Shown in pieces: positions 25,956 through 38,830 of a stretch of 64,000 nucleotides of DNA. The stretch is from Vicugna vicugna (taxonomy: Eukaryota). Where the stretch lies: NCBI GenBank assembly GCA_013265495.1, contig MU063398.1, forward strand, positions 1,116,001 to 1,180,000, read 5' to 3'. The position numbers and the translations under genes were made by a program. Numbering within the stretch: position 1 is the stretch's first letter; every line of letters starts with the position of its first letter. The notes under the pieces were generated by a model. The model saw nothing but the letters and a program-made list of their open reading frames with translations, had not been told where the DNA came from and did no database searches.

Positions 25956-26498
25956 AGGTGGAACCTGGAGTCAGCTGCCCTGTGTTTGAATCCAGGTCAC
26001 TCCTGAGTCTGCAATCCTGGACAAACACCGTAGGGTTCCTGGAGTAAAACGGGGATAATACTGGTACCTAGTCTCTCAGCGCGACAGTGCCCGTGGCGCA
26101 GGGGCTGGAAGGAAGGTGGGGCATGTGCGGTGTCTGTGCCTGACGGCCGGGCTCAGTGGAGGCGGCCCCGTTTTGCTGGGCATGTTCCTTTTACCACTGT
26201 GGGCATTGTCAGAGATACCTGGAAATGCCTGGAGTGCTGGGGATGGAGGCAGCTGTTAAGAGGGGAGAGAAACACCCGAGGCTTCCTGCCGGCTGCTGGA
26301 GCTCTGGGCTGCTGTGTGAGGAAGCTGAAAGAGCGGTGCCGTGGGCGCGGGGTTTCACGTCTTCCACGTGGGTCAGCGTTGACGCTGTAACGAGCCCCGC
26401 ACAGCTCTCTCTGTAGATGTTTGGGGTCTTGTTAAGCTTCTGAGCCCTCAGCCTTTGCAGCAGGAAGGGAGCTTCTCTAATCTGAGGAGTTTGGATGG

Positions 26499-26862
26499 TG
26501 TATTTGTTGGCTCAGGCCACCACGACCAAATACCACAGCCTTAGAAGATACGTGTTCATTTTCTACTGACTCTAGAGGCTGGGAAGTCAGACCAAGGTGT
26601 CAGCAGCGTCGGTTTCCTCTGAGGCCCCTCTCCTTGGCTTGTAGACGGCCATCTTCTCCACGTGGTCCTCCCTTTGCACAAGTCTGTGTCCTGATCTCTT
26701 CTAAGGACTCAGTCATATTGGCCTAGGGCCCACCCCAGTGACCTCTTTTTACCTTAATTACTGCTTTAAAGACCCTGTCTCCACATACAGTCACATTCTA
26801 AAGTACTGGGGGTTAGGATTTCAGTATATGAATTTGGTGGGAACACAGTTCAGCCCATAACA
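26499..26862 (-). mobile_element. MLT1A/B-type solo LTR, near complete
   Basis: TG...CA termini (tgtatttgttggctcagg...cagcccataaca), 5-bp TSD gatgg/gatag with one mismatch, typical MLT1A body. Confidence 0.88.
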
Positions 26863-27424
26863 GATAGACTCTCTGGGCACATTAAAACAGAGCATGTGAA
26901 TGAGAGACAGTGTACAGAAATCAGGGAATGCAGAGCGCTGATGGGTGCAGGGGGGAAGGGGAGGAGGGCCCTAAATTGGGCCACGTGCTGGGTTCGCTCC
27001 AGTGAGGTGGCCGTTTTGGATTAGGTCCAAGCAACAGGCTACCCAGTGCCAGGTGGGCAAGGCCCTTCATGCCACTGACGTGGGTCATGAGACTCTCGAG
27101 TTCTACAGGACCTTCCTATGGAGCTCACCCGATTCAGGGACCATATTCAGACGGTGTTGCATCCAGACAATGTCAGGGCGGCAAGAGCAGCTGCGTGGAC
27201 TCAGACTGGCCAGGCTTTCCGAAGCCCTAAAGCTGCTGCCCGCTTTGTGCCCTGGAGCACATCCTGCTTCCCTGAGCCCCGGTCTCCTCACCTGGGAAAT
27301 GGAGACACACGTACCTCTCTTAGGGTGCTGGAAAGGTGTAGTGAGAATCTGCACGTGAAGCATTTGGCCCATGCCTCCCGCAGAGTACCGCTGAGTGACG
27401 TTAGCCATCCTTCTGTTACAGCTA

Positions 27425-27913
27425 CAGTCATACCTCATTTTATTGCGCTTTACCGATACTGCGTTTTTACAAATGGAAGGTTGGTGACAACCCGGCATCA
27501 AGCAAGTCTGTCGGCACCACTTTTCCAGCAGCGTTTGCTCACTACCCACCTCTGTGTCACATTTTGATAATAATCACAGTATTTCGAACTTTTTCATCAT
27601 CATTATTATATTTGTTACAGTGATCTGTGATCTGTGATCTTTGATGTTACTTGTTTGTTGTAAGATTATGACTCGCTTAAGGCTCAGGTGATGAGTAGCA
27701 TTCTGTAGCAATCGAATATTTTTTAATTAAGGTATGCACATTGATTTTGTTCGACACAATGGTGTTGCACACTTAATAGACTACAACATAGTGTGAACAT
27801 AACTTTTACATGCACTGAGAAACCAAAAAACTCATGTGACTTGCTTTGTCGTGGTATTGCTTTACTGTGCTGGTCTGGAATGGAGCCAGCAGCATCTCTG
27901 ACGTCTGCCAGTG
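27425..27913 (+). mobile_element. Tigger1-derived non-autonomous element (~490 bp, both ends present)
   Basis: TA|cagtcatacctcattttattgcgcttt matches the Tigger1 5' TIR; the end gtctggaatggagccagcagcatctctgacgtctgccagtg|TA matches the 3' end; no transposase ORF. Confidence 0.85.
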
Positions 27914-29799
27914 TAGGTTTTGTTGTGTTACTACTATGATGACTAAGTAAGTACTCTCAGCCAAAGATGTTTCTAGGTTGTCGGTATCCCTTGGCCTTTC
28001 AGGTAAAGATTGTTTATTAAAGCAGCTAATTCTAAAACAGACTCAATGATGGTTTCAAGTATCTTAGAGCTAAATGTAGAGAAAATTCTCCCCCAAGCTC
28101 GGTAGCAAGGCCTGGCTGCCTCGCATCCTCAGAGATGGTATTTTTCATGCTGGCAACATCTCTTAAGAAACAGAACACAGGCTGTGGCCCTGGCCTCGGA
28201 GCACTTGACTCTTGCTGGGAAGTGGCCACAGACGGCAAGGCTTCTTGGAACGTGACCGATTCCTGGGTGCCCGGGATGTGTGGGTCTGTGTCCCTAGAAG
28301 ACCCAGCTCTGTGACAGATCGGTCACCTCCCTTTATGTGACCAGGTTCCAGCCTAGCTTGAAGAGGACTCGCCCACCCCTCCTTCTGGGCGCCCTCCGCG
28401 TCGGGGTACATCGACATCGTAGCCCTGCCGGCTGCTCGCGTCTTGCTCTTCGCATACGCGTCTCGCTTGTTAAGCCTCTTTTCGTTATGACCACCAGAAA
28501 CCCATCTGAAAATGATGACAGCATTGTTCAGCAGAGTTCACTGACTCATGTGACAGGCTGCTCTAGGAGAGGCGGCTGCAGGTCTGGCTGGTACGGGCGC
28601 TTACGTGGGGCCGTGGGATGCTCTCTCCCTGCCTGTCTCCTCCGGCCTTTCCTATCTTGGCTTTGTTTTCAGGGGCTCCTCACGTGTAGGGGCAGAGAAG
28701 CACCTCAGCTTCAGGCTTCCATGCTAGCAGCCCCAGCTGAAGACTGGGAGGGAGTCCCAGTGGCCACTGGGGGAGGACTCAGTAGACTGGCCAGACCCTG
28801 CCACACGTGCCAACCCCTGGTGCCTCTCACATCGGGGTGGGCAGATCACGGTTTCCCCACACAAACTGGTCGTGCTGTTACCAGTAGACAGGAGGAGGTG
28901 CTGGGCTGCCACAGACAGCAGGCGTCCCCTAGGGCCCCCTAGGGCAGGGAACTCTGGCCTACTGGGTCTTGTTGTCTCAGCCCCTGCGGAGTGCGTGACA
29001 GATGAATCCCAGGCATCGAACCAAGCTGTCACGTGGTGATGATTTGGCTCCTCACTTGGGCCTGGCTCTCCTCATGGCTTTTGCCGTCATGTCTTTCAGC
29101 GGCACAGATGAGCTGAGAGTGGTCTGAACCCTGTGCAGCCCTGTGCAGTAGACGGGAACATGGGTTATTTTCGTGTGGACACAGGCCAGATATGGAGCAC
29201 GCTTCTCTGGAGAGCGTTGGTTTTCTGGGTTCACAGTTCACGGTGAACTTAGTCCTGCTTTATCTCTCAGGAGGGTGGAACATGTGGAGTGGTCCTTCTT
29301 TGTTCAGCCAACGGTGAATGACTTAACTGGTGTTTTCCAGATCTGTTCCTTGACTCCTGCAAATACCATTCTCCCTCTCTGACAAAAGGGCTCTTTTCTC
29401 GGAGGGATTCAGATGTTCGTGTGTCCCATGTGTACAACTGGGCTCATTTCACAATGGAACGTGTGCCAGGGTCGTCTGAGTTGGGTTTGGAGTCAGTCTC
29501 TAGGCTGTGCCTTTCCCACGGACACAGTTATCAGTGGAGGTGGTTAGTTCCCAGCTGGCCCTGGCTCACTCATTTGACCCACGTGGATTTCCCCGGGAAG
29601 CACCAGGGAAACTGGATGAATGTACATTTGCCCTGTCCCCTAATTAATGGATGAAAATGCGAGTGGGTGCCTCTAGTGGCACTGGGTTCTTGTTAAGGCT
29701 CCAGAACCCCCAGTACCATCGATGAGGGGCCCCTGGGACAGGGCTTGTGCGGGGTGCTCTGCCCGCGTTCTCTGCTTCATCCCCCGAGTCCTTCGATAG

Positions 29800-30015
29800 G
29801 CTGGCCTGGGGATTCTCTGCCGGGGCTGTTGTTCCTCCTGGGGGACATTGGGCAGTGTCTGGACATATTTTTAGTTGTCACAGCTGGGAGGGAGTTGCTA
29901 CCACCTCCATGAGGAGAGGCCAAGGACGCTTCTAAACATCCCGCCACACACAGGACCACCTGCACAACAAAGAATGATCCGGCCCCACACAACATTGCCG
30001 CGCTGGGGAGCCCTG
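29800..30015. mobile_element. MER20 hAT MITE
   Basis: cctgggggacattgggcagtgtctggacatatttttagttgtcacagctggg...gaggccaaggacgcttctaaacatcc...acaacaaagaatgatccggccc. Confidence 0.85.
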
Positions 30016-30249
30016 GGCCATTCTTACCCTTGTGGTCCGTGTGGAGAAGCCGAGTGCACAGCGGTCACCAGGTCTCTGCGGGGCACGCAGCGGGGGTGGC
30101 AGAACCCTGACGAGAGACAAGGCCGGCCCGGTGGCCGAGTTTCTGCTCTTCCTGACTGTGCTGCCCCGTGTGTGACGGTCACGATGATGCGGAGGTGAGG
30201 AGGATGATGGCTGTCACCATCGAGGCTAATCTTCCAGCCATTACTTTAG

Positions 30250-30445
30250 ACCAGAGGTTGACAGACATTTTCTGTAACGGGCCAAATAGTAAGTATTTTA
30301 GGCTTCGTGGGCCACCTTCTGTCGTTGTGACACCACAGCCGCCGTCCAGTGTGGAAACAAATGGCCATGGCTGTGTCCCAGTAAAACTGCCGAGAAAACA
30401 GGCCGCAGGCAGGAACTGGCCTGTGGACCTTAGTTGGCCCATCCC
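30250..30445. mobile_element. MER58A MITE
   Basis: ttttctgtaacgggccaaatagtaagtattttaggcttcgtgggcca...ggctgtgtcccagtaaaact. Confidence 0.8.
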
Positions 30446-30739
30446 AGTTCTCCATGGTTTTACATGACCTTTCTCAGTTTGGGGTTCGTTCGTCAGAGAG
30501 CACGCGATGGAGTCAGAAGGAGGTAGATTTTGTGTTTGCAAAGATCCAGGTGTGAATTCTGGTCTTGTTGTTTTGTGAGGGTGTCACGCAGCCTCTTGGG
30601 CCCTGGGCTGCATCTGTGGAAGGAAGACCATAGCGCTGACCTGAGGTGATGCTGGGAGCCTCGGGAAGGGTGTGGCACAGAGACGTAGCTCAGGGAACAG
30701 GGGCCCTCCAGCCTCAGTCGCCTCACCTCTGAGATGGGC

Positions 30740-30935
30740 TCAGTGGTGACAGATAATAGCTACTACTCACGCAGTGCATCTTTGAGCCAGGCTTTCTGCA
30801 AGAAGGGAGCCAGCCATTCAGTCCTTCTGACAGCTCTGTAAGGGAGACAGGCACTGTTGTCACCATTACAGGATCAGGAAACTGAGTCCTGAGTGGGCAG
30901 CCGGATGCCAGAGCCCTGGTTCTTAACCAGCACAC
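30740..30935 (-). mobile_element. MIR SINE
   Basis: cactgttgtcaccattacaggatcaggaaactgagtcctgag...gagccctggttcttaacca. Confidence 0.65.
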
Positions 30936-33900
30936 GAGTCGCGGGTCTCAGTGCCTGCGCCTGTCAAGTCCCGGAGCTGATGTCACCATCCTGGCTCTGA
31001 GGCAGTCCCATCAAATATTTCTATCCATGGATTCTAACTTCTCACTCAGGCAGCCCATTGCAGTCCACTGGCGGGTGAGTTTTAGGGCGGTTTCATGATT
31101 CATGCCTTCCCTGCATTTGCTGCCTAAGATCCTGGGGCAGAGCCCTGGCTGCCGAGCTCAGTTGTCCCCTCCGTTCCTGCCTCCCCGTCTCACTTACACA
31201 CGACTGGATTCCTCAACCCCCTGCCACGCACTGGGAACGGGTCAGTTTCTACCCTTCGTGGGGCCCGCAAAGCTAACTACAGCTCCTCCTTGCTTCCCAG
31301 CCCGCATCTGTGTGTTTCAGGGCTGTGGCTTCACCCCACAGGCTCCTGGCATGGGTCCTGGCTGGTGTGAGTGAGGCAGGGGCCAGGCCCAGGCACCCGG
31401 CCCTTCTCCGAAAGAGCATCTTGGCCTCCACTGCTCTGGCCCAGCTTCCAGGCTGTGGGATTTGGTTGTGTGGCATTCCCAGAACCTTGTACATGGAGAT
31501 TCTGAGATTACAGGACAGAGGAGAGACTAGTGCTTTTTCTGTGTGCTCCAGGTGGGTCTCCTTAGGCACGAAATGCTGGGGCCTAGCTGTCCCCAAAAAT
31601 GGTTGCAGGGGCTGCCCCACCCTTGATTATTTGTTTATATCCCGTCTTGTTCCCCAAAGCATCTGGAGCAGCATCTTCTACATACAGGGCATGACAACAT
31701 GGGCTGTGGCATCAGATACTCTGTGCCATCATGAGCGTGTCCCTTAACCTCTCTGAGCCTCAGTTTCCCCATCTGCAAAATGGGGGCAATGGAAGAACTA
31801 CTGCACCATGTTGTTTTGAGAATTAAATAATTTACTGCCTAAGCATTCGGTATGCTTGTTGTTACTGCTGCTGTTAACGTCATTACCTTTATATTCAGCA
31901 AGAGACTGGCGGTCAGGAAAGAGACACTGTTAGTCTGGCTCAGAACCAGGGGTGCGCGCGCACGTGTGCACTCGGGTACCTGTGCGCGAATGTATGCGTG
32001 TCCTGACCTCGTTGCCAGGTGATTGCACCTAATTTTCCCCTGCATGAAAGGCCATCGTTTTCCATGGATTCCGAGCAAATTAACATTTGCTTCTTGCTGA
32101 GATTACTCATTAGTGTCATGCCTGTTGGGAATGTCTTGTTAAAGCAGTTTTATTGGTGACATTTTAAAAATATGTTACTCTCTGTGTATCCCTTTTGCCT
32201 GTTGGAATGACGCCTTCGGATCCCCCGCATTCTGAGCATATTTAAGGCCGTGAACAAAAAGCTTGGGAAAGACCTGGCGCTTGGTGGAACGGCTGTGGGC
32301 CCCCCCAGGGTCCTTCGGCGGATGCTCCTGGCTCGCGAGAACTTCATCTTTACGCCCACCTGCTGAGCTCGCCAGCACCTCCAGCTCCTGGAGGGACACC
32401 TGTCTCTGTCACTTCCCTGCTCCCACCATCTATTCCGCAGACTCTGGTGTCCTCCGTCCTCACAGGCTTGCCTGCTCTTCTGCTATTTCCTCTTGGCTTC
32501 ATTTGCTCTCCTTCCTCCTCATGGTCTCTGCCCCTGCCCTTCAAGCCTCATCTCCAAGCCATCTCCTCCCCTGGGCCAACTCCGAGGCCCCCACGTCGGC
32601 CCTGCTCATGCTGTTGGTGTGTGCTTCCCCAAGTTGGGGAGGGGGTGGAAGGATGGAAGGAGGAGCATGAGTCTTAACACCGATGTTGTGCTGGGCACCG
32701 TGTCCTACAGTCACTGCCCAGTGGTGGTGTTTTCCTGTTTAAGAGATAAGAAACCCCTGAAGCTCAGAGGAGATAAAATAATTTGACCAATGACTTGTGA
32801 TGTTGAAATGTTGAATTCAGAGTTCACTCATTCTTCCATTCATTCAGCAGCTTTTCATCAAGCACCTGTGGTGGGCCTGGTGCCTTCGCAGATGCCGGGC
32901 TGGTAGCTGTGAACAAGAGGTGCTCACCTTTGGGGCTCCCAGTCCAGATTCAGATCTGGTTCTGTCTGACTCCAGGGTCTCTGTTCTTTTTTATGGCACC
33001 ACGTCACCCCAAATAGATACAAGGTCCTACTTGGACCATCATCTTCATCCCCCACAGAGCCTGCCCTTGAAGGACAGGGCGGGAGAGGGGAGCTCTCATA
33101 ATGCTGAATGACTTTCAGAGGAGAGTGCGTTTAGCCAAGCCGGTCTGGTTGTCCTCGGAGGCCCGATGGAGAGTGACGAGGGCAGCTGCCGACTCTGATG
33201 CGTCCCCACTTTCTGTGTCCCGTGTTATCTCGGTCATGGCACCACGCTGAGTGCAGCCTCATGGGAAGGCTTGTTGTTTTCTCCTGTAGCTGATGGGCCT
33301 ACTTGTTAAGTATCTGGGTGGTTAAATTTTTGGATAGCCTTTTAGGAAAGAAAAGAGATGGCTCACCCTTTTCAGCTAAGAGGAAACAAGTGGGAAACCA
33401 CACTTCAAAGACAGCCCCTCCCGATTTCAAGTTTTGTCTGAAGACAAGTGCAGTGAAATGATAAATGTTGATTTACAGCCATAAGCAGCCTGGAGAGCCT
33501 TTGGATGGGGTGTTTTAAAATGAAGCTCAGCATAGGTGAACGCTGTGAGCTCAGAGCAACTTCCGCAGCAGCTGCTCGTTGATGGGCCTTTTGATGGAGA
33601 AACTCTGGAGACCAAGGTCTGGGGCTTGGCTTTCGTGAGGCCCCGTCTTCCTCTGTAGTTGGTCCCATGTCAGGGAAAGCTAATACTGAGCCGCGTTTGA
33701 ACATTACCGCATGCTGGGCGCTGTGTAGGAGGAACACTCTACGTGATGTGAAGTGTTCTGATTCAGACTTGATTTGTAAAACAGGTGGCTAAAGAGAACG
33801 TTGTTCTGATGACAGAGGATTCTTCCCCTCAAAGATGGATTCATTTGCAAGACTCCTTTAAATCAGAGATCAGAATCGCAAACTGGACCACATCAGGCCC

Positions 33901-34635
33901 AAAGGTCTGTTTCCTTTGGCTAAAATCATTTTTTAAGTTGAATTTATTGACAGTGTTGAGCAACCCAATGTTGAATTTCCCGTAAAATCCTCGATTTCCA
34001 GTTTCTCTTGAAAACACGGAATGTTCCAATAGCAGTGGGTGTGTGTGTGCTCACCCGGGGCGGAGCAGTGGCTGCCCCGTGTCCCAGTGATGGCCCTGGC
34101 CTCGTCACTAGCCCGCCCAGCCTCTTTCTCTCGCTAATTATACCTGCCTGGACCCTCTAGGCATTTGCATTGGCCCTTTCTGCTTTCCGTTACCAGCCTT
34201 CCTAGTCTTTTTCAAGCAACAATTTCTCAAATTTGATTTCATATATAGACTTCCAGACATGTCATTCATTCAGCAGATCTGTGCCAGAAAATGAAATCTG
34301 CCAAGTTGCCTAAGAGGCTGGTTGACTGTGGCTTCACGACTTTTTCTGTGGGAAGTGACTTAAATTGCAGCAGGGGAGAGGCAGACGGGGCCGTCAGCCA
34401 CACGTCCCACAGTGGTGTCCTGTGAAAAGCGTGCCTTCTCTGGAGATCGGCATGCCATTCGTATCTTAGATGGCTCGGTTATGGATCCTTAGGACTTTGG
34501 AGTCCAGGTGTGTGTAAGGGGGTAGATTCTTCCCAATGTGGAAAAGCGTCTTTAATTGTACCTGAAACTGTGGCTGTGTGGAGGAGAATTTACTTCATCC
34601 ATCAAAAAAGGCTCCACCAGTGCAGTCCAATGATA

Positions 34636-34640
<5 letters not shown>

Positions 34641-34688
<48 letters not shown>
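34641..34688. repeat. (AAT)16 microsatellite
   Basis: 16 perfect AAT units at the end of a MIR (~34700-34920). Confidence 0.97.
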
Positions 34689-34689
<1 letters not shown>

Positions 34690-37344
34690 GTAATGGCAGC
34701 CGACGCTGTCTGCATTCTCGTCGTGAGCCGGGCAGCGTGCAAGGTGCCTCACCCAGGTCGTGTCAGTTACTTCTTGCAGCAGCCCCGTAAGGTGGGCACC
34801 ACGATGCCCTGGTTTTATGGAGGAAGGGGCGAAGGCCCACCAAGGGTCAGTACGGGCTCACGCTCGTACAGCTCGCGGCCGGCAGGGCCAGGACCGAAAC
34901 CCAGGCGGTCGGACCCCCAGCTCCGCCCTCCCCTGCCTCCCGTGGGTCGGGACACAGCCGTGAGGGCAGTCTATCTGGGTCTGTGTCTGTAGCAGTGGCC
35001 AAGGCCTTTTCTGTCTTGGTTAAACTGTTACCATATTTGAAGAAGAAGCGGTTGGCATTTAGGGAGGTTGAAAGACATGAATTTTCACTTTAAATCAAAT
35101 GAAATTAGACCGTTGCCAGAGACCCAGGGACGTAGATTGCTCCCAGAGTAGCTAACAGGAGGTGGAGCTGACTTCACATTGTGGCCTTGCAGTTTTTAGG
35201 GAGAAGGTTTGGGTTTGGAACTAGCCCAGATGGTAGCCAAGGTGTTGGAAACAGACTCTCTGCTCAGCATGTCGAGACGGCGTGGGAGCCATGAGTAAAT
35301 TGGACTGCAGAGTAGTTCTTGGCAGGAATTCAAAAAAAAAAAAAAAAACCTGGTAGCAGGTGGCACCGTGACATGGCATGAAACCCTGTTCACGCTGCCC
35401 CGTGTGTGTCACGACGCCGTTCGGCTTGGCCTGGGCCTGCTGGCTCTTTCCGCCGGCTGCTCTTTGTGTTGGGGTGACTCTGACGCTTTCAAGTTCTGTC
35501 CTCTTAGAGAAGAGGTGTTGGGATAGTGTGTTGCTCTTTGTCCAGGGCTTGCATTTAAACTGGTGACATTTGTTCTGCTCTGTGTATTCTGAGGGGACAG
35601 CAGGCCGTGCATCTTTCCTTGTCCCATTTTCGAGGTGGACACTTGAGGTACGAGGAAGCCCTGTCTTCCGCAGCCGTTCCCCCGAGGCTGGTACTGGAGG
35701 AAGCCGCAGAAGGCAAAGGGGCTGAGCTTCAATTTAGTGCCAACATTGGCTAGGCCTTGAGAATTGTTTCTTGATTTTATCTTCTTAACCAGCCTGGGCA
35801 GCAGGTAGCAGTAGACCTTTTTACAGACAGACACTAGAGTACAGGACACAGCGTAAGTTATGTCATCTGTTAAAGGGCACCCAGCTAGTAGGTGATGGAG
35901 CTGGGATGCAAATCTAGGTTTGTCTTCTCTCCAAAAGCCCTGCTGATGTCACAGTGCCACATTTGGAGCACAAGACCCTGTGTGAATGTACTGGTCACAG
36001 GCCCACAAGGCTGGTCGTAAACTATTGACTCGATGGTCACTTCCATACTAAAATTTTAACTTTTTATCTGGTTAAAATGTCCGTCTTTTACTTTAGTTTC
36101 TGGGCTCCCAGGTTTTGCAAAGGCAAGCCTGGATTCTGTTGCAAAAATAAGGAGTAAGTGCTGGGCAGCAAACAGCAGACACCATTGCAGGGAGCTGCTG
36201 ATGGGAGGCTGGAGGCTGTGTGTGCGTGTGTGTGTATGTGTGTGTGGGTGGTGTCCAGGACTGGATGAGACACAGGGACATGTGGTGACCTTCAGGTTAC
36301 CTTTCAGTGTAGGAAACCTGTTGCTGCCCTAGGAGCTCAGCGGTGCCTGTCAGTTGAACAGCCTCCCGTCGAGGTCTCTGTCCTTGGCACACACAGGATT
36401 TGCTTTCATCGCAGTTGGCCCCTTCCAGGCCTCCATCCTGTCCATTGAGAGCAGCTCGTACTTCCGTTGGCAACTGGGGAAAAGGACACTAGCCTGGCTC
36501 CGCACGTTCCCTAGGGAGCAAAATGCCTTCCCTTTGGGCAGGGGCCCTGTTGGAAAGTGGAGAACAGTGTTCCATACCCCACTTCACTTGCTCAGCCCAT
36601 CCAGCCCCCCGGATGTGGGGGTTAGTTGAGAGCCTCTCCAGTCACATCCTCCCCACTTCTGTCTCTTCTTTGATTTCTTTCTTAATCTTCTGAGACCAGT
36701 GAAAGTTTGTGTGTTCAAGCCCCTGGCAGAGGAGCAGGTTGTTTTGAAAGACCTGGTTTATTGTTCATTTCTGGCTAAATTTACAAAGCAACTTGTGTTA
36801 CTAAAATCACATGCCAGTTCCTTCCCCGGAGTAAACTGCTCAAAGGGAGGGACCGTCTGCAAAGTTGCCCCGACTCTTCCAGCCTCCACTGCTAAGGCGG
36901 TAATTTGAAGTTCTGGGTTGTGAGGTGGGAAGCCCCCACTTTGGAAATCAGACAGACGTGGCTTTGAACCTAATGAGTATAGTGGCTTCAGCCAGTTCCC
37001 TGGGCTCTGTGGATCTCAGTTTTCTCCTCTTGAAGAGGGAGACTGATGTGGAAGGATTGGTGAGGCAGCTCATATAAAGTGCTGGGCACGTGTCCTCAGT
37101 TCCCAGTAGCCCATCATTTCTGAGTGTTCCCTCCTATGGGTGCAGCCCTACTGGACAGCTCCCCAGGGACCTATCCCGAGAAACCATTTCCAAGTGTGAT
37201 TGATGTCATGGAATCCTAACAGCAGAGGGAGTGGGACCCAAAGACCCTCCGAGCTAACCTGCTGACTCCCACGGGGTTTGTGTTGATGTCACTTGTCCAT
37301 TTCACAGATTTATTGAGTGCCTTCGCCAGGCACTGGGGTGTCTG

Positions 37345-37368
37345 GTGTGTGTGTGTGTGTGTGTGTGT
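37345..37368. repeat. (GT)12 microsatellite
   Basis: 12 perfect GT units. Confidence 0.95.
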
Positions 37369-37774
37369 ACGTGAGTACTCAAAACAGACTTGGTCTTGCC
37401 ATTATGGAGTTTATATTCTAGCAAAGTAAATAGACTACAAATAAGTCATCGACAAAGAAGTTAGTCTACATGTGTTAGTGTTAGTTATCTATTTCTATGT
37501 AACATTTACTCCCAAACTTAGTGGTTTAAAAGAACATTGTATTTATTGTTGACATGTGCCTAAATGTGCCACCCAGCATATGTCTGTACCGGTCCATCAG
37601 TACCCGATCGTGTGCCCGCTCCCTTCTGGGCCTCCGGTCCTTGTCGCCAGGATGGCTGACACAGGACAGCTGGCTCCATCTGAGGGATGAGAAGGGTGAG
37701 AACAAGAGGGAGGTCCATCATTCATCATCATCTTCGTGGTAGCATCTCAATGCTTTTGTTGTTTTCCATTCATT

Positions 37775-38830
37775 TGAAAACCAGTTATTGGGTCCAGCCA
37801 CCCTCAAGGGAAGGGGATTCCACGCAGGCATGAGGTGAGCAGAAACTCGTGCTGGGAGGAGCCTCTGCAGACACAGTGGCCAGGGAAGGCCTCTCTGCAA
37901 AGGCGATATTTGAACTGGGGCCCGAGTGATGAGGAGAGAAAGGAAGAGCTGGAAGTGGATGGAAGAGCAGATGGAGGCTTTGAAACAGGGAAGGACTCGC
38001 CAGAGGAGCTAGGAGACCATGGTGTTGGGGCATAGCGTTTTTTGTTTTTTTTTTTTTTGAGGGGGAGGTAATTAGGTTAATTAATCAAATTTTATTATTT
38101 ATTTATTTGATGGAGGCTTTGGGGATTGAACCCATGACCTCCTGCATGCTAAGCATGTGCTCTACCACTGAGCTATAGTGAGTTTTTTAAATTGAAAAAA
38201 AAAGGTATGGAATTGTGCTGGAAAGGTCAGCAGGGACCAGCCTTGGCTCAGGATCCCATGGTGGCAGGGAGCTTGTCACCTGTCCTATTGAGGGTTAAAG
38301 GTCATTGTCTGGAGTTTAGCTTTTACTGGAACTACAACTCCCAGGCTGCTGTATGCACTTGGCCTTGACCTGAGCAACGTGGGGAGCTGCTGGGGGTTTC
38401 TGAGCAGAGTGCCAGTGCTCTGGCCTCTCTGCTGACAACAGGTGGATGGTGAGGCAGGGGGCTCTTGCACGCGTCCGAGCGGTGGCTGGGCCCAGTGTGC
38501 TGACAGAGACAGTGGTGAGAAGGGGCTGAAATGTAGATGGGCTTAGAAAGGAAAGCCATCGGAACTGCTGTGGATGCACGTGGGCTGTGAGAGGAGGGAG
38601 ACTCCAGAGTGGTTCCAGGGTTTCTGACCAGAGCTGGTGGACGGTTGGGAATTGTCATGTGGGAGGAGGCTTGAGGGGGAAAATCGAGAGTTTGCATTTA
38701 CTTAGAAGTGTGAGATGCCAATTGAACATCCAAGTGGAGCTACTGAGTAAGTGGTTTAGTGTCTGGGGTCCCAGTGGGAGATTATATTCAGCGATCATCA
38801 GTGTGCAGATGGTGTTGAAAACACTGGGGC
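37775..38830 (-). mobile_element. L2 LINE segment interrupted by a SINE at ~38040-38178
   Basis: cagggaaggcctctctgcaaaggcgatatttgaactgggg; ttagaagtgtgagatgccaattgaacatccaagtggag...gggagattatattcagcgatcatcag. Confidence 0.75.
38040..38178 (-). mobile_element. tRNA-Ala-derived camelid SINE (vic-1 type)
   Basis: Minus strand: tatagctcagtggtagagcacatgcttagcatgcaggaggtcatgggttcaatcccc (A and B boxes), then (AAAT)n, acctaattacctccccctc and poly-A. Confidence 0.9.

Noticed and set aside
28337-28942. 201-aa ORF, the longest in the track
   Set aside because: No recognisable domain; explained by local GC richness.
29665-29682. gtgcctctagtggcac as a CTCF site
   Set aside because: The minus-strand reading CCACTAGAGGCAC is one G short of the core spacing.
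34510-34992. ORFs with poly-Ile, poly-Asn and poly-Tyr runs
   Set aside because: Produced by the (AAT)16 microsatellite and an adjacent MIR.
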